Below, in pieces: positions 40,297-54,172 of a stretch of DNA of 64,000 nucleotides. A program made the position numbers and the translations under genes. This DNA comes from Anthoceros angustus (taxonomy: Eukaryota > Plantae > Anthocerotophyta). How positions within the stretch are numbered: the first letter of the stretch is position 1; the number at the start of each line of letters is the position of its first letter. Below the pieces are notes generated by a model. The model saw only the letters and a list, made by a program, of their open reading frames with translations. It was not told where the DNA came from and made no database searches. The stretch spans positions 1,017,407 through 1,081,406 of the forward strand of contig VJWM01000103.1 of the NCBI GenBank assembly GCA_010909165.1, given 5' to 3'.

Positions 40297-40842
40297 ATGG
40301 CGTTGCAAGACAACTTCCTCGGTGCAAATCACACAACCAATGATCTAGGCCCTACCTTGTTCGGAGTGCCCAAAACACAAGCAATTGAGGCCATTATCCT
40401 ACTCATATGCTTTTGCTTACTAGGATTTGGCTATTGTCTTACACATAAATTCGAGATATCATTCTCACATCATTCAATTGCTCACCGTCGTCGGGCAATA
40501 AACCCACCCGGAGAAATACTTCATCATCAAGTCCAAGAAGTCCAAGAAGCCCAACCTATACAACAGCAACTGGACAAGGCCAAATTGGACGAAATTATTC
40601 CAAGCATATTATATGAGGAAGAGGCCGTGAGTGACGAAAATTGTTCGATATGTTTGGTTGTGTTGGAGAAAGGGCAAGAAGTTAGAAAACTACCAAACTG
40701 TTTTCATTGTTTTCATCGCGAATGTATAGATAAGTGGTTCTCCACTTCAATGACTTGTCCCCTTGATAGAGTATCTCTTGATATAACTAAAGCATTTGTG
40801 CCTACCATGCCCAATGTAGTGGACATTGTTATCAATAGTTGA
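40297..40842 (+). CDS. ATL-like transmembrane RING-H2 E3 ligase, copy 1
   Basis: N-terminal TM segment, then CSICL...VRKLPNCFHCFHRECIDKWF....TCPLDR; intronless and AT-rich. Confidence 0.85.
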   Translation: MALQDNFLGANHTTNDLGPTLFGVPKTQAIEAIILLICFCLLGFGYCLTHKFEISFSHHSIAHRRRAINPPGEILHHQVQEVQEAQPIQQQLDKAKLDEIIPSILYEEEAVSDENCSICLVVLEKGQEVRKLPNCFHCFHRECIDKWFSTSMTCPLDRVSLDITKAFVPTMPNVVDIVINS

Positions 40843-41293
40843 TAGTCTATCCATAGTGTAGAGCTGTTGTGTCCCCTAGAGGCGGACTTCTCTTAGTTGT
40901 TTGTGGTTAGGTCTAGTCTCTTACCTAGGGCTTGATGTTATTAAAATATAATAAATTTAATCTCTTACAATAAATATGACTAGCCTATCATCTAGAGCTT
41001 ATGAAATTTAGTTATATTTAATCAAACATCGAGCTTTGTTTCACATGTCAAGCAAATTCTCTATGTATGACACGGGACTTTGTATTCTCCCTAAGATTAG
41101 TCTCTGAGTCCTGTAAAATATTTAAGGTGAATACATAATTAGAACTCTTGAGATGCGAAATTGAATCTCTCCCGGACATCGCTGCAGTGAACCAGTCCAG
41201 GATGAGTTCCCTTCACAACGGTATGTACATTTACTCGTGGCAGCAGAATGCCGTTTGCGCAGTCCCCGCAAACCCGCCTCCAAAGTGCCTAGG

Positions 41294-42845
<1,552 letters not shown>

Positions 42846-43947
42846 TCAATGCGCTCCAGGCTGCAGTCATGTCCACCTGCCGAGCTCCTGAAAGCAATAA
42901 GAGCTTCAGTGCCCACACGGCAGCCTCGTGGCCGGTGCCGGGCCTGGGCACGGAGCCAGGGGCTCGCGGCTGAAGCTTTTCTTCTTCTTCTTCTTTTCCC
43001 TGCGGGATTGGATGGGCAGGACTTGTTGCTGAAATCCATATGCGTCTAAATGCTTTATCGGTTGTGGGGGCAAAGTTGGTGCTTCCACATGCCATCGTAT
43101 AGGTTATGTGAGTGGGGCATGAAAACAGAAAAATTTGTCAGCTTATAAGTGAAACAACTCCATCGGGTACGTGCATCGAGCAACGGACAAGATGCCTGTG
43201 GTATAGACTCACCAGAGCCACCACATCAAAGATACTGACTGACCTGTGGCGCTGACAGCCGAGCGTTTGGCATCGGTTTCAACAATCGAATTCAGGGCAT
43301 CAGTGAACCACGCAGTTTTAGATTCTCCCGAGATAGCATCTCGCAGAGGGCTTTTCTCCCAAGTGTGGAGGTATGTCCGTTTAGGTTGATACTCGTCTCC
43401 TCTGGCTTGGTGTCACATTTCAACTACATCGCGTTAAGTTGCTGGAGGTGAGCGAGAATTGGGAGTTAGCAGTCTCGTTGTGGGAACATCTCCTGCTCAA
43501 GATCTTGCAGTCCCGTAGGAAAGCTGTCTCAGAGCTGGAGCTGGGTAGAGTTGAGCACGCGTTCGAGCTAGGTTGTTGCGAGTGAGATTGGGAGATGCGA
43601 GATTGCAAGAGGTGCAATCTCGCATCATCTCGGAGATTAGCCCTCTCATTCAACGACCGCGGGGCTGGAGATGCGAGATTGCACCTCCCAGCTGCAACAA
43701 CCTCTGCCGGTCCACTCTCCTGATGATCACCGAGGGCTGCATGGGCTGCGTTTCCCAGGAGCGCTCGCTTCACACGACGATGTTACTCAGGTTCCTGACC
43801 GGTCTCGAGTGAAATCTCATTCCGCTGGAGCTTCACCACCAGCCGTTTCTGCTCTCGCAAAGGGAGCAGCAAAACTGTTGAGGGCAGAAATTGGCCTTTG
43901 TAGAACACGTTCAATTGCGCATCGGAGTATGAACAGGACGGACGTAT

Positions 43948-43993
43948 TTACCCCATACTGGGAAACTATCCTTGAGTACCTCTTTCGCTATAC
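43948..43993 (+). promoter_or_regulatory. snRNA promoter (USE-like element and TATA) of U5 copy 1
   Basis: ttaccccatactg at ~-70 and ctatac at ~-30, aligned with the same elements of copy 2. Confidence 0.55.
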
Positions 43994-44019
43994 TTGAACC
44001 TGGCCTGCGGGACAAAGCT

Positions 44020-44138
44020 ATACCGGCCGTGTGTTCAGCGCAAAGCGAACTATTCTTTCGCCTTTTACTAAAGAATACCGTGCGCGGGACATAAACTGCG
44101 GCATATCCTACTTTTTGGGCTAGAGCCACACGGCTCTG
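44020..44138 (+). ncRNA. U5: U5 spliceosomal snRNA, copy 1
   Basis: gcgaactattctttcGCCTTTTACtaaagaataccgtg (invariant loop I), Sm site actttttgg, 3' hairpin agagcc-acac-ggctct. Confidence 0.95.
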
Positions 44139-44255
44139 ACAACTCAAAACTAAATCGGATTGTTCATGTCACATGACCAGTTGAAACGACTGCAATATCG
44201 CTGCGCGCTGAAACTCCTTTGAGGACCGGGGTTTAGCGTCAAAACAGTGGATTCC

Positions 44256-44810
<555 letters not shown>

Positions 44811-45422
44811 TTGCAACGTTCGTTACAGTCAACATTCCAGTTCTGTTGCTGGACGATGCTCGATACTAAGATTCCAACGCACCAACAAAGAAAATACATA
44901 TCGTACATGGCCCCCTTCTACAAAGGTGTGGGACCAGCATTGAACACGCTCGGAAAATCAATGCCTCACACGCCCAGGCCTTCGAGGGATGAAAACTCCT
45001 TGTTCCACGCTATTTTGAATAAAAACTTGTTCCACAGTCCTTTGATCCTCTAGCGTTTATGGTTTTCATCTATGCATACCTTGCTCCTTGGTCTACAAGT
45101 TCATCCACTTAATTAGTTATATTTACTACTAATTTTAATATATTATATAATTATATTATAATGCTTCCTTATCCAATATGTACACCTCCAAGATCTATAT
45201 ATGGGTTCAAACTATAATAAGAAATTTATTTATTTTAAATAAATACATTATCAAAATATTTGTTCACCTTCAAGGGTCTATATATGTTTTTAAATTGTCA
45301 AAAATAAATAATCTCTTATTATCTTCATTTATCCAACATATCCATCTCTTAGGACGAAGGGATCACTTTCAGCTAGAAAAGTTTACGAAGCTAGAGGTAA
45401 CTTATCTTCTACACTTAGTATA

Positions 45423-45968
45423 ATGGCGTTGCAAGACAACTTCCCGAGTACAAATCACACAACCAATGATCTAGGCCCTACCTTGTTGGGAGTGCCCAAA
45501 ACACAAGCAATTGAGGCCATTATCCTACTCATATGCTTTTCCTTACTAGGATTAGGCTATTATCTTGTACATAATTTCAAGGTATCATTCTCACATCATT
45601 CAATTGTTCACCGTCGTCGGACAATGAACCCACCCGGAGAAATACTTCATCATCAAGTCCAAGAAGTCCAAGAAGCCCAACCTATACAACAGCAACTGGA
45701 CAAGGCCAAATTGGACGAAATTATTCCAAGCATATTATATGAGGAAGAGGCCGTGAGTGACGAAAATTGTTCGATATGTTTGGTTGTGTTGGAGAAAGGG
45801 CAAGAAGTTAGAAAACTACCAAATTGTTTTCATTGTTTTCATCGCGAATGTATAGATAAGTGGTTCTCCACTTCAATGACTTGTCCCCTTGATAGAGTGT
45901 CTATTGATATATCTAAAATATTTGTACCGGCCACAGGGAATATAGTGGACATTGTTATCCAAAGTTGA
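45423..45968 (+). CDS. ATL-like transmembrane RING-H2 E3 ligase, copy 2
   Basis: 181-aa paralog of 40297-40842 with the same CPLDR ending. Confidence 0.85.
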   Translation: MALQDNFPSTNHTTNDLGPTLLGVPKTQAIEAIILLICFSLLGLGYYLVHNFKVSFSHHSIVHRRRTMNPPGEILHHQVQEVQEAQPIQQQLDKAKLDEIIPSILYEEEAVSDENCSICLVVLEKGQEVRKLPNCFHCFHRECIDKWFSTSMTCPLDRVSIDISKIFVPATGNIVDIVIQS

Positions 45969-46747
45969 TAGTCTATCCATAGCTTAGAGCTCGTGTGTCC
46001 CCTAGAGGAGGACTTCTCTTAGTTGTTTGTGGCTAGGTCTAGTTTCTTGTGGAGGGCTTGATGATATTGAAATATAATAAAATTAACCTCTTACAATAAA
46101 TATGACTAACCTATCATCTATTGATGAAAATTAATTATATTTGACAAATTATTATATATTATAAAAACATTATAACAAAAACTACTTTACAGACCTGTCT
46201 GATTTGCGCCCGATCGGACAGGTATGGTGGATGTGGTGGAGCATTTGGACTCGTGCCTGTTGCGTCTTTCTTTCCTTCTGCTGCAGCAACCGCAATAATT
46301 GAAGAAACTCGCGGGTCGCATGTAGACCGCGTCCCTGCCGAACATGTTAATTGGAGGCAACCATCTTGAGCAAAAGCATCTCCGAAAAATGGCATCCGAT
46401 TGAGGTCTGGACTGGCCGCTTTTCACCCCGCAGATCGCAACTCGCCGATTCCAAACCCACCAGCTGAGTCTCCACCCGCTTCGCATTCGCTGTGCCAAGT
46501 GTCAACTACCCTCTTATCCACCTTTCCCTTTCCTGCCTCCCCTGAGCCTCAAGGACTTACCGACTGCTGGAAATCGGGCTAGCATGCTGCTTGTTTCGGC
46601 CTGTCAAGAAACGCACTTCTATGGCAATCGTTTAGAACATGTACGGAAAGCACAAGCACCAGGAAATTTGTTCTGAATTGGTCATTGGTGCGTCCTGAAG
46701 AGAATGGATTGATCATGAATGGAAGAATGTAGTGTCTTGTGGGGAGC

Positions 46748-47746
46748 TCATGACACTACCGGAGGCATCCGCATCCGCTCGACGGGCTGGATTCTAAATT
46801 GTCTAAGATAGTGATAGTGAGGCATGTTCTCCTGGATGACGTCCTCCACCTCTCTGGGGAGGCTGGCAAACGCGGCCTGCTCTTGCGCCTGCTCCTGGCG
46901 GCAGCGCGGCTGGATCCGGCCGAAGCCAGTGCTCTGCTCCACGTCGCGGTAGAAATCACGCACCATGAAGCGGTGGAAGAGGCGAGCCAGGAGGCCCCTG
47001 GAGTGCATGAACCTGGACTCGCCCTTGGCCACCTCCCATTCCAGCATATCCTTCCCGAACTCCACCCCCAGGGCGGCGCAGTACGCGCGCATCATCCCCT
47101 CGGGATCGCCCAGCACGTCCTCGGCGTCCATGACCACGGGCGTATGACCGTCTTGGAGCTCCGCAACGTAGTCGAACAGGGCGCACTGCTCCCGCATCCC
47201 CACCAGGCCCCGCAGCAGCGGCAGACGGGGCCCTCCCAGCGCGGCCTGGCTCATGCGCATCATCCGGCGGTAGAGCGACGGCACGGCCTGGGCTGGGGTC
47301 CGGATGATGAAGGTGTGGGTCATGCTGCGCAGCACCTGCTCCGGCAGGATGCTGGGATTCATGCGCTTTCCGGGAGACGGAGAGAGCCCGGCCAGCTCCT
47401 CCTCCGACAGCACCACGAAGCAGGCCATGTCCTTGACGAAGAGGCGGCGGCCGGGGAGCGCGCTCGCCGCCATGCTCTGCAGCTTCCGCGTCACTTCCGG
47501 GAAGGTGGTGTTCCTGAGCAGGAAGCCCGGGCGGCGGTGCCGGTGGGCCGCGCTCCGCTCCGGGCCGCGGAAGAAGGGCTCCCAGAACGGCTCGTGCACG
47601 CACTGGAAGTCGGCGTCCCGCTGCATGAATGCCCGCTCCACGGCCGTGGATATGGACCGCGGATGGCTCCATAGCAGGATCATGGATGCTCCCTTGCCTC
47701 CCGCTTCCTCTCCCGCCATCTGCTGCCAAGGATTCACAGCCGCCAT
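46748..47746 (-). CDS. Stand-alone P-loop sulfotransferase-like protein (Sulfotransfer_5 / BCAT-like N-terminal domain family), intronless
   Basis: LLWSHPRSISTAVERAFMQR, VHEPF, LFVKDMA, THTFIIRTP..AVPSL, PVVMDAEDVL.DPEGMMRAYC.ALGV.F..DMLEW and V.QSTGF. Confidence 0.85.
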   Translation of the reverse strand: MAAVNPWQQMAGEEAGGKGASMILLWSHPRSISTAVERAFMQRDADFQCVHEPFWEPFFRGPERSAAHRHRRPGFLLRNTTFPEVTRKLQSMAASALPGRRLFVKDMACFVVLSEEELAGLSPSPGKRMNPSILPEQVLRSMTHTFIIRTPAQAVPSLYRRMMRMSQAALGGPRLPLLRGLVGMREQCALFDYVAELQDGHTPVVMDAEDVLGDPEGMMRAYCAALGVEFGKDMLEWEVAKGESRFMHSRGLLARLFHRFMVRDFYRDVEQSTGFGRIQPRCRQEQAQEQAAFASLPREVEDVIQENMPHYHYLRQFRIQPVERMRMPPVVS

Positions 47747-47840
47747 AGCTGCGGGGCCTGCTGAATTCGGGATTCGTCTCTACAGGGTGTGCCTACATGG
47801 CCTGGCCTTCAGCTCAACAATAGACTGCCACGGATATATT

Positions 47841-47886
47841 TAACCCATATCGGCGAGTTTTCCTTCAGTACCTCATTCGCTATACT
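47841..47886 (+). promoter_or_regulatory. snRNA promoter (USE and TATA) of U5 copy 2
   Basis: aacccatatcg (cf. plant USE RTCCCACATCG) and tatac ~30 nt before the start. Confidence 0.7.
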
Positions 47887-47913
47887 TGCTCCTGGCCTGG
47901 ACCACTGAATAGC

Positions 47914-48030
47914 ATCAGCCGCGTGTCCAGCGCATAGCGAACTATTCTTTCGCCTTTTACTAAAGAATACCGTGCGCCGGGCACATATTGCGGCATGTCC
48001 TACTTTTTGGGCTAGGGCCTCACGGTCCTC
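47914..48030 (+). ncRNA. U5: U5 spliceosomal snRNA, copy 2
   Basis: Invariant loop I GCCTTTTAC within its stem, Sm site actttttgg, 3' hairpin agggcc-tcac-ggtcct. Confidence 0.95.
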
Positions 48031-50778
48031 ACAGGTGAAACCAAATTGGATACGTTGTCCAGTCGTCAAGTTCACACGCTTTGGCCGTTGTAACCTTCTC
48101 AGTGCGGGTTCCAATGGAGCCTCCTCGGCGTGCGACCCATGCGGATATCCGTTTGCGCTTTCCTCGTCACGGTGCTTTTGGTTGTTGCCCTGAAACATGA
48201 TGATATCCTTCAAAAAAGAGTCAGATGACTGTAGGGTCAGCTTCATTCAGGTCTCATGCTTGCAGAGATGCCCCCGTCCAACACTTGGTTCTACATATGT
48301 ACTGTACGTAGCGAGACGGCGCGATGTCCCCATGCCCTGCTCGCCACCGAAGGGCATGGGAGACATGGCTATATAGAAGCATGAGCTCATCCGGCATGAG
48401 GCATGAGCAAGTCCGACAACCACGCTTTAAATCTGCCGCGCCCGGCGGGAGGTGAGAGAATAGATGGTGGGGTCCACCACTTCATAAAAGACCGGACGAA
48501 TTGAGGAACCACGTCGTGTACCCCCTGGCGGGGTCCCCGACAGAAAGTCTGTGTCCGGCTGCCCGGCCCGAGATACAACGTCTGAAACCCTTACGCTGGA
48601 GGAGCTTGGAAAGCGGTCCGGATCAAGCTCTGGGACGAATTCCAACTATTCTAGTCCGTGCATTTGCTCACGCCTGAAAGGCGCAGACGGTGATGGGGCG
48701 TGAGCGCGTCATGTATGTGTACATATGTAATGCTCACAATCAAGTGTTTTGTTTTGAACATGTCCGCAGGAATGCTGATCCTGATGCTGCTGGCTGCCCT
48801 TGCTGCGGAGGCCGGCTGGGCACCACGCTCTTCGCCGGAACCGCTATTTGAATTCATGAGCTGTCTTCAGTGCGGGCTTGACCGACGCAGCCCGGCGGCA
48901 GCACGGACTGTGCGTATCTCATTGGGAGCTTGGGGTCTCTGTTTCGACTATTGGTCGGCTTTTTCGATTGTAACCCCAACTAGCTGTTTGTCATCACAAG
49001 CAAGCCTTACGCGTAGCGTATGGTAACAAACAGCTGGTTTGTGATGCGTAGCCTATGCAAACGGCTAGTTTGTGATGACAAACAGCTGGTTTAGAGTTTG
49101 TGATAACAAACAAGCCAGATTTTGCGCCATCACATTTCAGGGTTATGGTGTTGTTTTGTGTCAACAGGGGATCCGGGTTTGCTGGCAGTCGTCAGGTTAG
49201 CATGGACGCTCATGAAGGCATCTCATTGGTGCTTGTGGTTGTTCCCTTGAAACATGATGTTTTCCTGCACACATTGGACTTTGACACACTGCATTTTTGT
49301 TCCAGGTTAAAACCCCAGACTCCAACTTCGACTCGCTTGTCATCACCGCAAGATGTGGAATTTTGCTGAAATCGTGGAAGGAACGAGCAGGTCAGACTGG
49401 TTGTGGTGTGCCCTGCGCCTGAAGTATGTGCAAGGGTTTAGACTTTGTTTGACAAGCGGCTGTAGTATGATTAGCAATTATATGGATTTTCTAGCTTGAT
49501 GCAAAAATGCACGAGATGTTTAGCTGGGCGGGTGGGGGGCATGTTCGCTGGCAGCTTACACATAGGTTCCTGTATTTTGCTCCGGAGAGTTACCAGCAAA
49601 TGTAGTTTGACGTATTTAGAATGGGCTGCTTGCAGGTCTTCACTTCACACAAGGGACACAGCGTCTCATTCGAGTATGTCGGGCCACATGATGTCCTTGC
49701 GGTGGTGCGGGCCAGTGTGGAAGGGCAGCTGCTGGACACGGATTCCTCTATCTGGGGACTTTTGACTTGAGAAACACCTCTTCGTCGAACCACCGAGTGA
49801 AGAGGACTCGTCAAGGCGCGGAAGCTCGTCAAAGCGTCTCATTTGTGCTTGTGGTTGTTGCCCTGAAAAAGATCATCTCCTGTAAGCAGTCAGATGCCTC
49901 TAGAGTCAGCTTCAGGTCCCATGCTTGCAGCAGGGGATGCCATGCCCCCCAACACGGCTCTGGCTTCGTACACTTGTATCTGCTTGGATCTGCCGCTCAT
50001 TCCCTACTGGAACTTGTGTCACCGATGACGCTCGGAGGAGAAGACTAGCGTGTCGTAACTGGGGAACCCGTCCGATAGTTGTCAAACCGCAAGGACGAGT
50101 GCTAGTGGGTAGGTGTTCATGCTCGCCCTGCCGTGGGTCGCCAAATGTAACGCTTCATGTGGTGGATCCCACCCGCGGTATGGGCTGCTCCGCGTGCTTG
50201 TGTCCTAACTTCTTCTGCACCATTGCGAGTCCCGGCTTTCCTTCTGCTGCCTACAAGCGCACCATTGCGAGTCCCGGCTTTCCTTCTGCTGCCTACAAGC
50301 GCAACAGAAAGTGAAGACTGTAGACTACAAGCGCAACACAAAGTGAAGACTGTAGACTGTATACTGCGTTCCTGCAGCACATCATTGGAGTCTGGCAGAT
50401 ATCTTGAACAAAGTTCCCTCCAAACGCGCCCGCGAATCGCGAATCGCGACTCGCCCACCTGCGCCTCACCAGCTGGACTCCATCGTCGTCTCCTGCTTCG
50501 CATTCGCTGTGCGAAATTTGAAGACACCGCCTGTAGCGCAACCTGCAACTTTTCCACCACCGCTTTCCATCTTTTTTCCCTTTCCCCTCCCCTTTCCCTT
50601 TCCTGCCTCGAAGTCCGGCCCTGTGCACAGGAAAAGGGCTCTGACAGTGCAGTTCTCATCACCCGATTGTGATCATGTGAGGAGCCCTTCAAAAGCTCAC
50701 CCAAACACACCCCGTTCAACAGCACTCTCTCTCGAACTTGTCTTGTCTCCCGACCTCTCCCGACCTCTCCCGACGAAA

Positions 50779-51288
50779 ATGGCCGGGTGCAAGCAGCTCG
50801 CCGCCGCCCTGCTGGTGCTGGCAGCGCTGGCCTGCGTGGCCGACGCCATCGGCTTGTCGCGCACCGGATCCGACGGCATCACCATCCTGTCCTTTGTGGA
50901 GACGGCCGCCCAGGCGGACCGAGAGGTGTTCCCCCCGAATCCGATCCCCGGCAAGAGCGACTCCAATTTCGGCCAAGGCGGGGTGTACGACGCCGGCGTG
51001 CTCGTCAGGGGCAAGGAGGTGGGCCGCTCCACCGGCTTCTACTGGTACGACTCCATCTCCGGCGGCGTCCTCCAGTACGTCTTCACCATCACCTTCACCA
51101 AGGGCGCCTACACGGGCAGCTCCCTCACCCTCGGCGGCCGCCTCGTCCTCAGCATTCCCGTGAACGAGTTCCCCGTCACCGGCGGCACCGGCGTATTCAA
51201 GTTCTCCACTGGATCGGCCGTGTATACCAATCTCCCCACCGGCGACTACGATGTCGTGGTCACCCTCAAAGGTGTCCTCCCCTTGTAA
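50779..51288 (+). CDS. Secreted dirigent-like protein (dirigent/allene oxide cyclase beta-barrel fold), intronless
   Basis: Signal peptide, then FGQGGVYD, VGRSTGFY, FTITF...YTGSSLTLGG and EFPVTGGTGVFKFSTG. Confidence 0.85.
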   Translation: MAGCKQLAAALLVLAALACVADAIGLSRTGSDGITILSFVETAAQADREVFPPNPIPGKSDSNFGQGGVYDAGVLVRGKEVGRSTGFYWYDSISGGVLQYVFTITFTKGAYTGSSLTLGGRLVLSIPVNEFPVTGGTGVFKFSTGSAVYTNLPTGDYDVVVTLKGVLPL

Positions 51289-51639
51289 GGCATTGGCAAT
51301 GGCAGCTTGCTGCAAGCAGACAAGCATGCTGCATGTTCCAAGGCTGTTGCCGAGTCACAACTTGTTTTACATTAATTGCTTAGAGCTGTATCACACTTGC
51401 TGATGCTGAAGGCAACGTGAAATCCTGGGTACGATTGTCACTTGTGCAATCTTTGGTAGGATCGTCAATGTAGAAATGTGTGGTTGATCAAGATGTGAAA
51501 ATCGGGCTAGCATGCCTTTATTTTTGGCATCTCAAGGAAGGCAGATGAAATTTCGAATTCGCTCGAACAAGTGTAAGCACAAGCCTCCGCTGGTCAGCAA
51601 ATTTGTTCTGAATTCGTCATTTCTACAAGTTCATAAGGG

Positions 51640-53540
51640 CAGAGAAATGTAGACTAAGCTGCAATCTAGTAGGTGTGTATGAGACTTGGGAAGTCAAGCA
51701 CGAAATGCTCTCGTTACATACTTGAGTAAAAATTAACTATGAATACATCAAACGGGTTTAAATACTATTATCTGAAACTTAAGTATCCCTAACAAACTAG
51801 TAAGCTAGTGGGATAGAGATTCTATTTTAACACTCTCACTCAGCTCTAGGCCCATAGTGATTTACTTCAAAGAAAACAACTATCACTAAATAGTAGCTGG
51901 ACGATTGGATCTCGAACAAAAGGCTTCATTCTCTCTCGCTACTTGGGTTAGCTCCCACTCAAACTTGAGAAGCGCTCCCATCAATTACTCCAAGTCCTTC
52001 CTTATGTTTGTTATGTTTGTAGGTTGGAAGGGATTTAGTGAATATATCCGTAGTGTTATCCTTGGTATTCACATAAGTAACATCACCTCACCCCTTGCGT
52101 GGTAATATCGCGAATATAATGGTGATAAAGCTCAATATGTTTAGTATGAGTATAACATTTAGGATTTGCCACTAAAGCTATCGCAGACATATTGTCACAA
52201 TTAAGCAAGGTAGGTTGAAGCTGAGGGCGCTTAATATCATGAAGAGGTGAACGCCATTAGCCTCTTTACCTGCTTCAGTAAGAGCCTTATACTCAGCCTC
52301 CGTAGAGCTCAAAGCAAGGCTTATCTGCTTCTTGCAACGCCAAATTATGGAAGCACCAGCTAAAAGAAAATAGTAGGCGGAGATGCTCTTGCGATCATCC
52401 GCATTAAAGGCCCAATCAGCATCTACGAAACCAACAAGTTCAAACTCTTGTCTACCTGTAGAGTTATAGAAAATGCAATATGTTGAGGTACCTTTAATTG
52501 TCGTTGGATCCCAAGGGTCTCACACCAGTGTCGGAAATAGTTGGAGCCAAACTCACCACCATTATCCGTTCTTATACAACGGATTCTCATTGTTGTTAAA
52601 GATTCAGCCATTCACATATAACCTTAAAAACTGTGGACAACATCACTCTTCTGCTTCAGAGGGAAAGTATGAGTCATTCTGCTGAAATCATCAACAACCA
52701 CAAGGTAATATTATGCTCCCCCTAACAAAGGCTGGTTGAGTGGACCACAAATGTCAATATGTATCAGCTCAAGCAAAACACTTGCTCGAGTTGCACTAGT
52801 GTTGGTGAAGGGCAATTGTTTGTGCTTGCCCACCACGTAGGATTCACACATCGGCATTTGTTTTTCTAACTTGGGTGATCCTTCTTTTGCCCTAAAATAA
52901 TCCCCTTATGAGAGTCACAGGAGCATAGATACGTTAGGATGTCCAAGTCTCATGTACCACAGGAGTGTCTTGTTAGAGACATCTGCTGGCATATGTGCAA
53001 AATCACATGTAGCAGAACTTCCACTGGGGAAAACCCATGGTGTAACTCAAGAACATACAGCTGAAGAACATACAGCTCATCTTAAGCTCTCCCAATAGTT
53101 ATGCACTTATCTTGGGCCTTGCCCTCAAATAGTTTACAACCATCATTGGTGAAGAGGCATTGTATATTACACCTAGTGGTGAGAGCATGAACAAAAAGAA
53201 GGTTCTCCGACATCGAAGGAACATAGAGCACATCTTCCAAAGGTAACAGCGAGGTAAGTAGTTGTATGGTACCTTTCCCTTTTATAACAACAGGTCTGTC
53301 GTCAGCGACTATCACCACCTATCCAGAATAGTCCGGCACAAAAGTGGTGAATAGACCTCGATCTTTGCAGATAGTGGCGGATGCGCCTAAATCCAAGTAC
53401 CAAAGCGATGTCAATCCACGGGATGTGGCGAAACACACAATCACCACTGAAGGTTGTTTTGTCCTTTGCCATCGTCATTGGCATGAGACTTGCCCTATTT
53501 CTTGTTCCATTTTCCCTTCCTCTCATATTGAGAGAGATTT
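51640..53540 (-). mobile_element. Internally deleted Ty1/Copia retrotransposon relic
   Basis: Minus strand: protease region (W..DSGAS.., LEDVLYVPSMSENL), GAG-pre-integrase, integrase IRTDNGGEF, RNase H (LSSTEAEY, CDNMSAIAL..NP, KHIEL.YH), then a polypurine tract followed by TG at ~51832. The left boundary is approximate. Confidence 0.88.
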
Positions 53541-53599
53541 CACGACACTACTGGAAGGATACGAACGACAGGCTCAATTCCAAAGTATTTGAGGTAGTT

Positions 53600-53770
53600 G
53601 TAGTGACGCATGTTGTCCTGGATGAGGTCCTCGACTTATTTTGGAAGGATGGCAAGCCCGACATGACGTAGGCCATGTCCTTGATGAAGAGGCGGCTCCT
53701 GCGTCTGCAAATTATCTATGATGTTTCAAGCCAGATTCGGGAGCAAAGGCGGTGGCCCAGGAAGCCCGAC
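53600..53770 (-). pseudogene. Fragments of a further sulfotransferase-like gene copy
   Basis: gcatgttgtcctggatgaggtcctc matches 46822; aggccatgtccttgatgaagaggcggc matches 47422. Confidence 0.7.
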
Positions 53771-54172
53771 ATGTGCCCACTTGCATGTAATTGGAGCTTA
53801 GCATTTCTAGAAGAATGCGCATGCGCAATCTCACTCGATATGTAGTTTGTAGGGGCATATATCAAAATTTTGGTTCAAGTTCGCATAGTACTAGTGTGAA
53901 CTATGAAGGTCAAGCACAATAATCATGGCAAGTAGTCATCTCACATCTTCTTCATCTTCACTCCAAGCTTTAAAGTTATAGTAGGCCCAAGAACAAAAGT
54001 TCACTTCATATTCTAAACTGTTTCAATCAAATACAACAACAACACTAATTTCTTTCTCCCTTGTCTTGTGAAGAGACTTTCAAGACACAAAAATAGACGA
54101 AATGGTTTTGTACTAATATTCAAATAATTTATTATATTAAAAAAAGAGTTCTTTAGGAGGGATATGTGTTTA

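Noticed and set aside
46799-47843. Long antisense and alternative-frame ORFs over GC-rich genes (also over TauE, the permease and the dirigent)
   Set aside because: These are shadow ORFs expected from high GC3.
48540-48560. gaaagtctgtg as an RNase P/MRP CR-I element
   Set aside because: No complementary CR-V element was found downstream.
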